Assembly (NCBI RefSeq): GCF_001194135.2
Contig: NC_068988.1
Location: 17,513,359 to 17,577,288 of the forward strand
Length of the DNA stretch: 63,930 nucleotides
Direction: 5' to 3'
From: Octopus bimaculoides
Taxonomy: Eukaryota
In this document: one piece after another, positions 1 through 12,911 of the stretch
How the letters are laid out: each line of letters opens with the position of its first letter
How positions within the stretch are numbered: position 1 is the first letter of the stretch
Program-made: the position numbers and the translations under genes
Notes under the pieces: model-generated
Seen by the model: only the letters and a program-made list of their open reading frames with translations
What the model was told of the DNA's origin: nothing
The model's database searches: none

Positions 1-146
1 CGTACGTGTCTTCAAGATTCTATATTTATAATGAAGCTACAAATATCTCCATTGTGTTTCTCTGTTTTTATAACAATTTTCTTTTGTTTATGAGTAAATG
101 ATATTCTCTATCTCTGTTTCTTTCTTTACCAATACATGCATACATA

Positions 147-400
147 CTCAGCTTACAAGTTCAGATTTATACCTGTAATTATTGAGGCACTGGGATATGT
201 AACACGCCTAAATACCAAATCAGGTTGCTCAAAACCAGAAAGGGGAAAGCAGATTCGAAGACTACAGATGCAGTCCACCACTCGAACTGTAAAAGTCTGT
301 AAAAGCCCGAAAAAAAAAACTAGCTCTGTCTTCATTGACAAGAAATTTTGAAATAAAATTGAATACTGACATACATATCTAACTACATACACACAGACAC
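147..400 (+). mobile_element. 3' end remnant of an RLE-type (R4/Dong/NeSL/CRE-like) non-LTR retrotransposon
   Basis: Translates to YKFRFIPVIIEALGYVT...IRRLQMQS..RTVKVCK, the typical C-terminus after the RLE nuclease (IPxxIGALG). Homologous to copies at 12324-13350. Ends ...GAAATAAAATTGAATACTGACATACATA. Confidence 0.75.
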
Positions 401-931
401 ACACAGACAGACACACACATATATATATGCATAAACGTATACATATAGATATGTTTTTGAGAGAGTTGTTATATAATTTTACGGATATCTATTGGTACAA
501 ATATCGTCATGTGTGATAAATCGTTCAAAAATGTTTTTCTTTTAATATTCTTGTCCATTATAGGAGACAGTATATTCAATTGATCGAATTAAAATCGGAA
601 CGCAAATCACCTGAAATAAATGCTGACAAGTATTTAGACCAGTAATACATCATTTCTACTGTAAAATCGCCAATCATTTTCCATTTCCAATTATATGCCA
701 TACCTGCATCATTGTTTACGAATGGTTGAACTTGTAAGGTAAATGTAAGAGTGCTTCTAAGAATAAAAAACAAACACTCTCTCTCATACACACACACACA
801 CACTCTCTCTCATAAACACACACACATACACGCATATGCACATACACACATATGCATTAAAATTCATGTGTTAATTTAAAGAAAACTTCATATGTTAATT
901 TAGGAAGTGTGTTTTTTTTTCTTGTCTAGAG

Positions 932-1282
932 CAGGATTTCTCAGCTATTCTTTTTCCTTTTGGGCTGCTTTAATTTCTATAATATTCTGGTGGACCCTGA
1001 TAACTATTTGATCGCCAAAAACTAGTTTTATAGAAACTTCTTTCTAAATTCCTATTTTGGTTTCACACTTTAAATTTGTAGGTTGAACTATGTAAGGCGC
1101 CGGAGAAAGAAATTTAGCTGATTTTTTGCAATAAATATTAATACATACATCTAAAGCAAAAATTTTATTCAAGGGCCATTATATTTCTATTGTGGTTTCC
1201 CTATTCCCTGTATTGTATAGACTCGCAAAACTCTAATATAGACCGTTTAGGTGCCATGTGAACCCTGGCTGAGAAATATTTG
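932..1282. mobile_element. Possible hAT-like non-autonomous DNA transposon (MITE)
   Basis: Inverted ends CAGGATTTCTCAGC (932) and GCTGAGAAAT (1268) resemble hAT CAGG..TTCTCAAC termini; no clear TSD. Confidence 0.4.
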
Positions 1283-1984
1283 CTGTTTGATTGAAAATAA
1301 GTGTGTTATAAACCTGTTTTAACTTGGTTTCCTCTTTTACATTTATTTATTGATGATTATCTTTGAAATGTGTTTCTATGTGTTTGTGTATGTGCTGTAA
1401 ACCAGTATTATCTGAGAACTCTCAATGGATAATCCTCATCATTTACTCTGATTTGTCCCTAAATAAGCGTTATAAACACACGTATCAGTCTTGCTTTAGA
1501 AAATACTGTACACAAATGTATAGCCGTTTTAAGCTACAATTAAGACAAGAATGTCTTAATAAGGATATGCAGTACAGTAGTTTATTTAAACTGTTCAAGT
1601 TGTTTCTTCTCAGGAGTTTTTATGACTTGAAGCCAGCCGCTTCTTCGAAAAGAACAGACAGGGTCAATGACACGTTACATCACACCTGTACTAGAAATAA
1701 AATGAAGCGTATTGGCAGAGATATTAACAGTAGTAGTAGTAGTGGTGGTAGAGACAGCAGCGGCGGCCTATCAATATTAGTGTGGTGAGCCTTAGCATTC
1801 CGTAATACGCGTCGGATAATTTCCTTGTGGCTCATTTTACCCTTAATCTTTTCAGAGTCGATGAAATAAACAAGCATCAGTCAAGTCAAGTCCTGGTGTA
1901 TTGATCTAATCAAAAACCGCCAGCTCTTTGCCAAAATTTGAAGTCATTAGTTATCGTTGTTGTCATCAATTTAAGAATTTCCAT

Positions 1985-2111
1985 TAGACTTTGCCTTTTA
2001 ACCTCTCGGGGTCGATTAGAATAAGTACCAGTTGAGCAGTGTGGTCGATGTAACCGACTACTTTTTTCTCTTCAAAATTGCAGGCCTGTGTCTATAGTAG
2101 AAAGGATTATT
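1985..2111 (+). mobile_element. SINE family B, 3' half
   Basis: GACTTTGCCTTTTAACCTCTCGGGGTCGAT..AATAAGTACCAG..GGCCTGTGTCTATAGTAGAAAGGATTATT matches core and tail of fuller copies (41316, 61946). Confidence 0.8.
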
Positions 2112-2893
2112 TTTCATATTGTTTATAACATTGACAGTTCGTACTTTTATTTCCTGTAATGATTCTACCATTGCGCCGCATCAAGTGTGTCTTATAGACA
2201 GAGTGTCATGTCTGAACTAGCGACTGCTCGAGCTGGTAACACCATAATAACAGACTACTCGGCCGTCTTAAGTAAAGTATCCATATGCTGGTTGTATATA
2301 GGTTCAAGTTTAAAAGCAAAAATAGCAACAATGAAGAAGAAGTTAAAAATAAAGACACAATTATTAGTTTAAAATTCAATGAAGGCTAATGAAAATAGAT
2401 GTGGCTTGACCGTTTCATCATTTAGCTCTGCTTCAAGACTGTAAAGAAATAAAAAAGAAAAAAAAAACATACTGAAAGTAAAGGAAACGGGAAGCATAAC
2501 GAAAACTGCTATGTTTGTATCATGTTTATATACATGTGCTTGCCTGCCCGTGTGCTTGCTTATTCAGACACACACATGCAGAAACACACCCACTCACACA
2601 TATACGAACACAATATTTTTTATTTAAACATAATTTCTCGCAATTTCCTTAACAACGTCTGCTATTAGTAGGTTCTAGAACTATGCACAACTGAAAGAAG
2701 AAAAAAACTCTCTTCTAAATGTACAGAGGAGAAGGTAACTTAACATTATAAATACTACACCATGGCCATCCTCACCTGCTCCTGTTTTCTCATTATCGTT
2801 ATCATCACACTCATCACTATTGTTTCTCTCGTAAAAACAAAATAATAATGTGCAGTTCGACAAGTAGATAGGTTGACTTAGAATCAATAGAAG

Positions 2894-2905
2894 CGTCACT
2901 TCCGG
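2894..2905 (-). promoter_or_regulatory. Composite ETS-CRE-like motif CCGGAAGTGACG
   Basis: Exact motif match only; no transcript evidence. Confidence 0.25.
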
Positions 2906-3642
2906 CTTCTCGCTCGACCTGTAAATTTTTTTGTATACAAACGCTCAACGGCATATATAAGCGTGCTTAAGCATGATTGAAAACACCCACACACGTATAT
3001 GCACACGCAATGTAACACAAACAACTTCACAAAGCTTTCTATCGATCTGTCTGTCGGTATTTATTACAATCACCTTTGAAATCCGTGCTGCTTATTTTTT
3101 GATATATGTATATNNNNNNNNNNNNNNNNNNNNNNNNNNNNNNNNNNNNNNNNNNNNNNNNNNNNNNNNNNNNNNNNNNNNNNNNNNNNNNNNNNNNNNN
3201 NNNNNNNNNNNNNNNNNNNNNNNNNNNNNNNNNNNNNNNNNNNNNNNNNNNNNNNNNNNNNNNNNNNNNNNNNNNNNNNNNNNNNNNNNNNNNNNNNNNN
3301 NNNNNNNNNNNNNNNNNNNNNNNNNNNNNNNNNNNNNNNNNNNNNNNNNNNNNNNNNNNNNNNNNNNNNNNNNNNNNNNNNNNNNNNNNNNNNNNNNNNN
3401 NNNNNNNNNNNNNNNNNNNNNNNNNNNNNNNNNNNNNNNNNNNNNNNNNNNNNNNNNNNNNNNNNNNNNNNNNNNNNNNNNNNNNNNNNNNNNNNNNNNN
3501 NNNNNNNNNNNNNNNNNNNNNNNNNNNNNNNNNNNNNNNNNNNNNNNNNNNNNNNNNNNNNNNNNNNNNNNNNNNNNNNNNNNNNNNNNNNNNNNNNNNN
3601 NNNNNNNNNNNNNNNNNNNNNNNNNNNNNNNNNNNNNNNNNN

Positions 3643-3686
<44 letters not shown>

Positions 3687-4264
3687 GTGTGTTTATGCAT
3701 ATATTTCTATGCGACTATTTGTCTGTGTGTGTGCGTGTCTATGTGTTTGTGTTTGCTTTTCATTAATTTCCTTAAGTTGCTAAGTTCGATGAGTTCACGA
3801 TTAATCGATCGGATATTAGAAATGTTTAGGTGCTTTTAACTAACAAGAAAAAAAATAATTTGCTAAATTATGTTAAATATTTTTAAATGTTAAAATATCT
3901 TAGGTGTGTATTATTAATGTTTTATAAAGAAAGTGGTTAGCATTCCATCTAATTTGAAAGCGAAGTGAACCGAAAAGCGGTGTATGATATATAAAATATG
4001 TGTATGCAAGCACACGTGCCTATAACGGCGGAGGTGGAGAGAGAGCAAGTACAAAAATATTCAGAAATAGAACTTGCAAAGAGAAAGCCCAAAGTAAACT
4101 GAAAACTATCATCTGGTTATGACGACCTTTCGTTAGATTCTTACACTGCGTGCAATAAAGGAATTGAAACTAGAAAAGGAAAAACAAAGGGATAAATACA
4201 CAAATCAAAGCTGAGGCTTGTTCAACTATTAAATAATTATATCATCACCAACACGACGAAGGCC

Positions 4265-4313
4265 ACCACCACTACTACTACTACCACCACCACTACCATT
4301 ACCATTTCTATTA

Positions 4314-4347
<34 letters not shown>

Positions 4348-4361
4348 AACTACTACTACTA

Positions 4362-4398
<37 letters not shown>

Positions 4399-4491
4399 AA
4401 CTACTACTACTACTACTACTACTACTACCACTACTACTACTACTAATAATAATAATAATAATAATGATGATAATAATAATAATAATAATAA

Positions 4492-4522
<31 letters not shown>

Positions 4523-4530
4523 AAAAAAAA
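4265..4530. repeat. Compound trinucleotide microsatellite (ACC/ACT/GCT/AAT/GAT/GAA)
   Basis: Seen directly; includes a duplicated (ACT)n(GCT)n block. Confidence 0.95.
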
Positions 4531-4948
4531 AGAAGAAAAAAGAAAAGAATACGATGACGAAGTGTTTGTATAATGGTAGTACTTCATCATATTTGCCTTT
4601 AGGTTCATANNNNNNNNNNNNNNNNNNNNNNNNNNNNNNNNNNNNNNNNNNNNNNNNNNNNNNNNNNNNNNNNNNNNNNNNNNNNNNNNNNNNNNNNNNN
4701 NNNNNNNNNNNNNNNNNNNNNNNNNNNNNNNNNNNNNNNNNNNNNNNNNNNNNNNNNNNNNNNNNNNNNNNNNNNNNNNNNNNNNNNNNNNNNNNNNNNN
4801 NNNNNNNNNNNNNNNNNNNNNNNNNNNNNNNNNNNNNNNNNNNNNNNNNNNNNNNNNNNNNNNNNNNNNNNNNNNNNNNNNNNNNNNNNNNNNNNNNNNN
4901 NNNNNNNNNNNNNNNNNNNNNNNNNNNNNNNNNNNNNNNNNNNNNNNN

Positions 4949-4995
<47 letters not shown>

Positions 4996-5066
4996 GTATG
5001 TATATATATATATCGTTTGAAAAACGTTAGTCCGAAAGAAAAAGCACACTCTAAGATGTAGAGCCG

Positions 5067-5345
5067 TATATATTAAAATGAAGAAGGACGATTTATGGGA
5101 TTAACATAGGGTTCCCGTCTATAAAGTGTATAGCTGTTCGCCCAAGACCTCTGAAAAATATGGAGGAGGAAATGCCCCACTACACAAAGATAACAATTGA
5201 GGATTATCTCCCGTTGATATTGGCTATCGACGTCTGGCTATGCCGCCATCTTGTGGCCTCCAAAATGCTGTTATAAAGCTAAACACTGTATGGATGGGAA
5301 ACCTAAGGTAATCCCTTAAATTGGCCTTCTTCATTTATAGTATAT
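5067..5345. mobile_element. Foldback/MITE-like element with long imperfect terminal inverted repeats, TA-flanked
   Basis: Left AAATGAAGAAGGACGATTTATGGGATTAACATAGGGTTCCCGTCTATAAAGTGTATAGCT aligns to the reverse complement of the right arm (AAATGAAGAAGGCCAATTTAAGGGATTACCTTAGGTTTCCCATCCATACAGTGTTTAGCT) over about 75 bp or more. Confidence 0.75.
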
Positions 5346-5612
5346 GGATATACGTGTGTGCGCGTGTGTGTCTGTGTGTATGTGTGTGTGTGTGTTATAT
5401 ACAAAAAACATCATATACAAATGCACAACCACTAGATCACAACACAAATACGTATATATAGGAGCCATTGAAAATCCAATTTAGAGTCCGTTATTGCAGC
5501 AATAACTCCTCATTACGAAAGATAAACCGGCGATTCGCAACATAACTGACGGACCTAATATGGAGATTCAAGATGAGAAAAATAAAATACGAAATAGAAT
5601 GGTCAATAATCA

Positions 5613-5920
5613 GGAGTGGCTGTGTGGTAAGTAGCTTGCTTACCAACCACATGGTTCCGGGTTCAGTCCCACTGCGTGGCACTTTGGGCAAGTGTCTTCT
5701 ACTATAGCCTCGGGCCGACCAAAGCCTTGTGAGTGGATTTGGTAGACGGAAACTGAAAGAAGCCCGTCGTATATATGTATATATATATATATATATGTAT
5801 GTGTGTTTGTGTGTCTGTATTTGTCCCCCCACCATCGCTTGACAACCGATGCTGGTGTGTTTACGTCCCCGTAACTTAGCGGTTCGGCAAAAAGAGTCCG
5901 ATAGAATAAGTACTAGGCTT
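5613..5920 (+). mobile_element. tRNA-derived SINE family A, near-complete, 3'-truncated
   Basis: Head GGAGTGGCTGTGTGGTAAG (A box) ...GGTTCAGTCCC (B box), CTTTGGGCAAGTGTCTTCT core, internal (TA)/(TG) linker. Multiple copies in window. Confidence 0.9.
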
Positions 5921-6022
5921 TGCGTTGAGGAAGCCTTGTTAAGTAACGAAAACTTGGTTACCAAGCACGCTGAGAAAATGCCCACTGTGCCAAATATGCA
6001 TTTTCAAGATTCAGCACTGTGA

Positions 6023-6023
<1 letters not shown>

Positions 6024-6079
<56 letters not shown>

Positions 6080-6120
6080 TATTATTATTATTATTATTAT
6101 TATTATTGTTATTATTATTA

Positions 6121-6182
<62 letters not shown>
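6024..6182. repeat. (AAT)n abutting (ATT)n microsatellite, forming an AT-rich palindrome
   Basis: Seen directly. Confidence 0.95.
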
Positions 6183-6185
<3 letters not shown>

Positions 6186-7559
6186 TGAACTCCCACCCCC
6201 TCTTCTTTCCCCCTATCCATGTGTGCAGGTGTCGGGTTGCAATTTTCTGCCTATATATATATACGTATATGTGTCCACGTGTTTACAATGCATGAATGTA
6301 TGTACCTACGTAAGTAAATATACACAGATGTGTCGGTGTGTGTATTCACACATGGACATATGTATATATATGTGGGTGCGTGTACATATCCGTATCCGTC
6401 TTGAGTGAGGCAAGAAGCATCTCTCGTCTAGTTTCAGTAGACGATAGACTATCGATGAGGTTTACATTAATCGTCGTATTATCTGGGTTACTTTCTTATT
6501 CCGGTCCTATTTATTTCTTAGTACATCGACTTTTCCCTTTCTTTGAAAGCCTAATTCTGTGAAGATGTTATTGCGTTTTATATCGTCCTATGGAGTTCTC
6601 TGAATTTCCTATACCTTATTGCCTTTGGTTTTGATTCATTTCTTTTCTTTTCTTGATTTTACTCTCATGCTACATACTGTAAACTGCCACCATTATTCAC
6701 CGTACATATACCTTTACCTATTACAAAGGAGTGGATACAGGCAACTAGGAAGGTTCTTTTCATTGATGTCGGAGCACTAAACGGTGGTGCACTAGAGAAT
6801 CCCGTTTATTACACTGATGTTGATGACTGCCCATTTCTTTTACGCTTTTTTTTCTACCTTTGACTAAAAACCGCCACGTTCCTCTTACATCAACGCGTAT
6901 CATAATTGTGCTACGTACACTACATCAATCTGTCCAATGTAGACATTCAAGACACGGACGTTTAACCCACGCCTATTCGACAACATATTGTTTCTCCTTA
7001 CCTCTGCCCTCACCCACTGGCATTACTGCTCCCAATGTAATGATAAGCCGCCGGCCGAACTTACAACTGATACCCGTTTAGGATACTTTTACATTACTAA
7101 TAGCATAATTCCACATTAGGTTTTCCGGTCTGTCACCTTACCTCAATGTCAAATTTGAAGTACAGACATACAATGTTCATTTCCTTTCTTTTAACCATCT
7201 GTCGGAGCTTCTAGCAGTAAGTATCTTTGCAGGTATATGCAGACTTGCTACGTTTTGCCTCTTGTGTAGATATGATAACGTCCTTTCAGCTCTGTGCTAC
7301 TGCCCGTTTTTTCCTCGTTTCTTGAATTCACTCAAACAGCTCTTGTGGAATTCTAACTGCCACAAGTGTAGAATCTAGGACTTGCATCACTAGTTTCCTT
7401 GTACATCCTTGAGCTAAGGAAGATTAATTAAATTTTGGGTCGTCCTCTCTATACTTTGAAACCCCTCCATTTGGATTCCGGTAGCGATGAGCTACAGTTA
7501 TTATGAACGGAATAGCAAGTGACAGCTACTTATTTAGACACATATGGAGGAGTTTTGAG

Positions 7560-7730
7560 AGACGAGGTTAATCGATATCATTGTCATCGATACTTGAGCT
7601 TTTTTTATATATATTTTGTAGACACCGGAGTAAAGTGTAAAGTTAATCTCAGTAGGAGTTGAACGTAAAGAGTTGAGATGAATACTACAGTTCATTTCCT
7701 ACAAAGCCTTAACAACTCTGTCATCTCAGT
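7560..7730 (-). mobile_element. Highly decayed SINE family B
   Basis: Weak similarity to reverse-complemented B head and core (AAAGTTAATCTCAGTAGGAGTTGAAC..ACAACTCTGTCATCTC). Confidence 0.4.
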
Positions 7731-7961
7731 GTCGACAGGACGATGAAGTAACGATAACATGATTATTTGGACTGAAGCGTAGAACAATAGATTAATACCT
7801 TCTACTAATATACACATTGCGACTAAACAACCGAAAATTAGCTGTTTGGATTAAATATAAGTTTCCATAAAAGGAAGAGAAAACAATATCCCGCCCAAAA
7901 ATAAAAATATTTTAAAAATTCAAAACGTATCTAAAAGATTATGGCTGACAGATTAAAGTTT

Positions 7962-8480
7962 ACTAAAGTTAGCCGCCCTCGGTTTCCACCACTCTCTCAA
8001 GGCGGCTCTGGAACCTGATGCATGCGTTCCTCACTGTGTTCCTAGGAACACCTTCATACATCATCTTCATATTGGCGACCAACTCGACCCTTATGTTGCT
8101 GTCAGAGTAGTTGGTGTCTTTCTCAACTGCGCCCCATACATACTAATCAATGCGATTACAATCTGAAGTTCGGATGCCAGAAATTGGGGCTGGTGTATTT
8201 GTGGAAAATTTCCGACAACCATTTCTGATTCTTTCCAGAGATATAATAATGCGCCGAACCTACTGCCGCACATATAAGCTTCCAGCAGCAACTATATCAA
8301 GCCAGGGATTGACCACAGTCTCCAGCAGCTTCAAAAAGCAATGTGAATTGAGTCTAAGACCTTGTACAAATATATGTGTCGTCATCGCGTCATCCTAACT
8401 GGAGACACACCCAAAGACCATCACATTTTTAATGAACTTGGTTTTTATGATGATCACGTCACGTCTTATAGCCTTTGGAG
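7962..8480 (-). mobile_element. Tc1/mariner-superfamily transposase remnant (maT/DD37D-like), C-terminal half
   Basis: Minus-strand translation with stops and frameshifts: KNVMVFGCVSS*DD..LLETVVNPWLDIVAAG..YV..W(P)PN..DCN.ID*YVWGAVEKDTN..RNACIRFQSRLERVVETEGG. Confidence 0.8.
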
Positions 8481-9284
8481 TATTAACAGAGCATTTGCAG
8501 CAGTCATGATGAATGCATTGTGATACATGGCGTGAGTCGTTATGATACAGGTAACCACTTTCCGATATTTAGATGGCTTCCAAACCTCCATGCTATGTTT
8601 TCTCAAGTACAACTTCAATTCTGTTGCACTCAATCGTTGTTGACTGTTCACCTGCTCATCAAACTGTTCCCCAAAATAAAATGAGAAATGGGAATAAAAA
8701 ATGCCAAATTTTGCCCGAACAACCTGAATAGAAATAGCAATGTTAAAAAGTAACGTTTATATCTTTAAAAAAAGGTTATTAATACTATTTTACTATTAGT
8801 AACTGAAATATTTTTCTCTTCGTTTGGTCTGACAATACGTCGATCAGATAATTGGAAACTTTATTTCCATAGAACCACACCTAAACTCGCGTGGAATTGT
8901 AATTAATTAGATGCTATGATCTTTTAAAAGCCAAGGGACCGGTATTTTCTCATCAAGGTTATTATCAAGCCATTCATATTCTGCAGTGTCATATTACTGC
9001 CATATATTATACTATACAAATATATCTAAGCGTCATATTTATTCTTATACTGTACAATGTTCATTAATATCATTCATTATACTATTTGTTTATCGCTCCA
9101 TAAACTCTCAATCTCATGAGAGATGGATTGATATAGATTTATATTCTGTCAGTGAAGGTTGATGACTAATTATCTGAGGTGAAAATTATTATTTTTCTGT
9201 TGTTCCTTAGCGCTAAAGATGTTTTGATTGAACAAGTCTACAAACTAATTATTTTAAAATTATGGAAGACTACATTATGGGATG

Positions 9285-9317
<33 letters not shown>

Positions 9318-10544
9318 GTGTATGTGTACTTGTAAATATATATATATANNNNNNNNNNNNNNNNNNNNNNNNNNNNNNNNNNNNNNNNNNNNNNNNNNNN
9401 NNNNNNNNNNNNNNNNNNNNNNNNNNNNNNNNNNNNNNNNNNNNNNNNNNNNNNNNNNNNNNNNNNNNNNNNNNNNNNNNNNNNNNNNNNNNNNNNNNNN
9501 NNNNNNNNNNNNNNNNNNNNNNNNNNNNNNNNNNNNNNNNNNNNNNNNNNNNNNNNNNNNNNNNNNNNNNNNNNNNNNNNNNNNNNNNNNNNNNNNNNNN
9601 NNNNNNNNNNNNNNNNNNNNNNNNNNNNNNNNNNNNNNNNNNNNNNNNNNNNNNNNNNNNNNNNNNNNNNNNNNNNNNNNNNNNNNNNNNNNNNNNNNNN
9701 NNNNNNNNNNNNNNNNNNNNNNNNNNNNNNNNNNNNNNNNNNNNNNNNNNNNNNNNNNNNNNNNNNNNNNNNNNNNNNNNNNNNNNNNNNNNNNNNNNNN
9801 NNNNNNNNNNNNNNNNNNNNNNNNNNNNNNNNNNNNNNNNNNNNNNNNNNNNNNNNNNNNNNNNNNNNNNNNNNNNNNNNNNNNNNNNNNNNNNNNNNNN
9901 NNNNNNNNNNNNNNNNNNNNNNNNNNNNNNNNNNNNNNNNNNNNNNNNNNNNNNNTAGGAAGTTTTTAAGCTTCTAGCAGCAGACGGCTTGTATAGGATA
10001 AGATACAATACAAATTCATTGGTATCGAGAGTTAAACACTTTTTCCCGTATCGAAATTTCTAAGAAATTCAATAAACTGACACTTACTATTATGAGCTTT
10101 ATTTTAGAAGCGAATGCTATTAAAATTAGAATAATTTATTTTCAATTTTTTGTCACTCACTATAAATTTTCATCATTATCCAGCTTCCATTTACCTTTAA
10201 TTTGTACAAAAGGGTGAGCACCTATATTTCTGTACTTCTGATTGTAGGGTCCTGATATTGAGGACTAGTACAGATTTCTGAAGGTTGTAGGAGATCTGAG
10301 CAGTGGTGCACTATAAATAAATAAATATGTGTGTGTGTGTATACACGCACATTTGTATATGCATGTATGTATGCATGTATGCATGTATATATCTATGTAT
10401 TTATGTATATATGTATGCGTCTCTTCTAATTTTTAATTATTATAAATCGCCCACTGAGGAGGGAGCCGGTTCCCAAGAAAGATACAAGATTCCATCTTTG
10501 GGATGTAGTTAACACAAATTCACATTTGGAACTTTGGAACATGC

Positions 10545-10700
10545 ATACATACTTACATACATACATACATACACACATACATACATGCGTAAGTACGTAC
10601 GTACGTGCATGCATGAATACATACATACATACATACATACATACGTACATACATACATACATACATACATACATACGTACATACATACATACATACATGC
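10545..10700. repeat. (CATA)n/(TACG) tetranucleotide microsatellite
   Basis: Seen directly. Confidence 0.95.
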
Positions 10701-10820
10701 ATAGCCTTTATTTCCATCGGTTGCTTAATCCTAATTATGAATAACACCTTTTTTCAAGTCGCTCAAGAATTAATATGAGCGTTCTAAAGACCTAACATTT
10801 TTCTAAACCTCTGTGCTATA

Positions 10821-11104
10821 GGGCATCTACGCCTTCTTCTTCTTCTTCTTCTTCTTCTTCTTCATCGTCTACGCCTTCTTCTTCTTCTTCTTCTTCTTCT
10901 TCTTCTTCTTCTTCTTCTTCTTCTTCTTCCTCCACGCCTTCTTCTTTGTCATCCTGTACGCTTTCTTCTTCTTCTTCTTCTTCTTCTTCTTCTTTTTCAT
11001 CATCATCATCGTCTACGCCTTCTTCTTCTTCATCATCCTCAACGCCTTCTTCTTCTTCTTCTTCTTCTTCTTCTACACCTACTTCTTCATCATCCTCTAC
11101 GCCT

Positions 11105-11137
<33 letters not shown>

Positions 11138-11170
11138 GTTACATCTTCTCCTACCCACTCTTCATCATCT
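10821..11170. repeat. Compound (TTC)n minisatellite with recurring CATCGTCTACGCC-type spacers
   Basis: About 8 variants of the spacer separate GAA/TTC runs; gives an E/D-rich open frame on the minus strand. Confidence 0.9.
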
Positions 11171-11615
11171 ATCACCTGTTGAACGGCACAGCGAGTTCTT
11201 CCCAGATTTATAAAAGCGCACATGTATACACACCGATAAACGCACACTTCGCATCACATATGTCTCTAAGCTATCCCATTTGCATAGAGCAAATATTAGC
11301 AGCTTGCTTGGTTTTAAGCCAATGCCATTTAGTCATTCCTATTTGTGGTTTCACCTCATCTCAACATGTTTATCTAACGCTTCCCACTTGTTTCGTTTCG
11401 CATTCGCCAATATATTCAATCCTTCCTTTCAAGGTGTTCGACTTTTTTCTAATTCCTTCCGTTGACATAATTTCCTTTTCAGTCTTCAATCTGCAAATGA
11501 CTGAGAACGTTAACTGCTGGCATCAGAAGAACCACAGAGAAAGCAATACTGTTACTTCTTCCAGCAGAAAAATGACGCATAACGATGCACCAATGTGTGT
11601 GAGTGTGAGTGTGTG

Positions 11616-11670
<55 letters not shown>

Positions 11671-11770
11671 CATATTACTAGTTCTTAAATCAAGCAAAAA
11701 CTGAAACTCAGTCAGTGAAACGTAGAGAGAAAACTTTACGTAATCCTTCGATGCATTCTACGTAATATCA

Positions 11771-11931
11771 GCGCAGTTATGGCTCTGCGATAAGAAGTTT
11801 GCTTTCCTGCTACATGGTTCCATTTTCAGACCTTTTGTGTGCCTCCTTAAGCAAGTGCCTTCTGCTATAATGTGAGGTCTACTAAAACCTTGTGAATGGA
11901 ATTGGTAGAGGGAAACTAAAAGCAGCGCGTC

Positions 11932-11935
<4 letters not shown>
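11771..11935 (+). mobile_element. SINE family A, diverged 5' half
   Basis: GCAAGTGCCTTCTGCTATAA..CCTTGTGAATGGAATTGGTAGAGGGAAACT matches the A core. Confidence 0.7.
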
Positions 11936-11995
<60 letters not shown>

Positions 11996-12123
11996 CTTGT
12001 AAATAATAATAATAATGGTATTTTTATAGAAGTTTAAAGCTTATGGCGATCATCGTGCAATAACTAAGGAAAATAGTCTAATAAAGGGACATATAAGCCC
12101 TCGACTGAAAAAGAAGCCCTGAA

Positions 12124-12184
<61 letters not shown>

Positions 12185-12323
12185 GTAAATACATACACAC
12201 TTACATACATACGTAGTATCATATGTATCATATGTAAACATGATAGACTGACATAGTAATTTGAGATTGAAAAGAGCAACTGTACAGTTTTGGTAATCAC
12301 TTGCCCAATGGATCTTAAAGCTA

Positions 12324-12705
12324 ATGATCAGTGGAGAAGAAAATACCTACGCTCAACTATTGAGGAATCGACAGCTACTCTATCCAGAGTACAAGTTTAA
12401 TGTTATACCTGTAATCATTGTGGAACTGGGATATGTAACACATTGTCTAAATATCATTCTTGAAAAATTAGGCTTCTCAAACCAGAAAGGTGAAAGTTTG
12501 ATTAAAGATCTAAGCCATCACTCGAATTGTAAAAATCTGTAAATATTTACAAAAGTTTATCATTTAAGTATAAATGAGCATGTCTAGATATGCAACTATA
12601 TGCATAAGACTACATGCATACACCATAACATACAAATCTGCACATATACATAATACGTACATACATACGTACGTACATACATACGTACGTACATACATAC
12701 ATACA

Positions 12706-12737
<32 letters not shown>

Positions 12738-12911
12738 AAAATAGCCTGTCGGTGTTGTTAAAATCCCACTGAAGGAAACTTGGATCTATATTAGAAGCCG
12801 GGTCTTTCTCTATTGGCAAGAGATCTTGAAATAAAACTGAATAAAGCCATACATACATACATACATACATACATACATACATACATACATACATACATAC
12901 ATACATACATA
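12324..12911 (+). mobile_element. RLE-type non-LTR retrotransposon 3' end, copy 1, ending in a (CATA)n tail
   Basis: ENTYAQLLRN.QLLYPEYKFNVIPVII.ELGYVTHCLNIILEKLGFS; 3' UTR ...TCTTTCTCTATTGGCAAGAGATCTTGAAATAAAACTGAATAA followed by (CATA)n. Confidence 0.8.

Noticed and set aside
2679-2740. Possible + exon NYAQLKEEKNSLLNVQRR ending AAG|GTAACT
   Set aside because: No polypyrimidine tract at the acceptor and no recognisable homology.
6410-7420. GC-richer stretch possibly a decayed LINE endonuclease region (minus strand)
   Set aside because: Only vague similarity (..VACIH..GKG); no diagnostic motif recovered by eye.
10445-10505. CTGAGGA-GGGA..TCCC-AAGAAA hammerhead-like motif; similar CTGAAGGA..AGAA at ~12769
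   Set aside because: Extra bases in the core, helices I and III do not pair cleanly, and CTGA is not conserved in the sister copy at ~13256.
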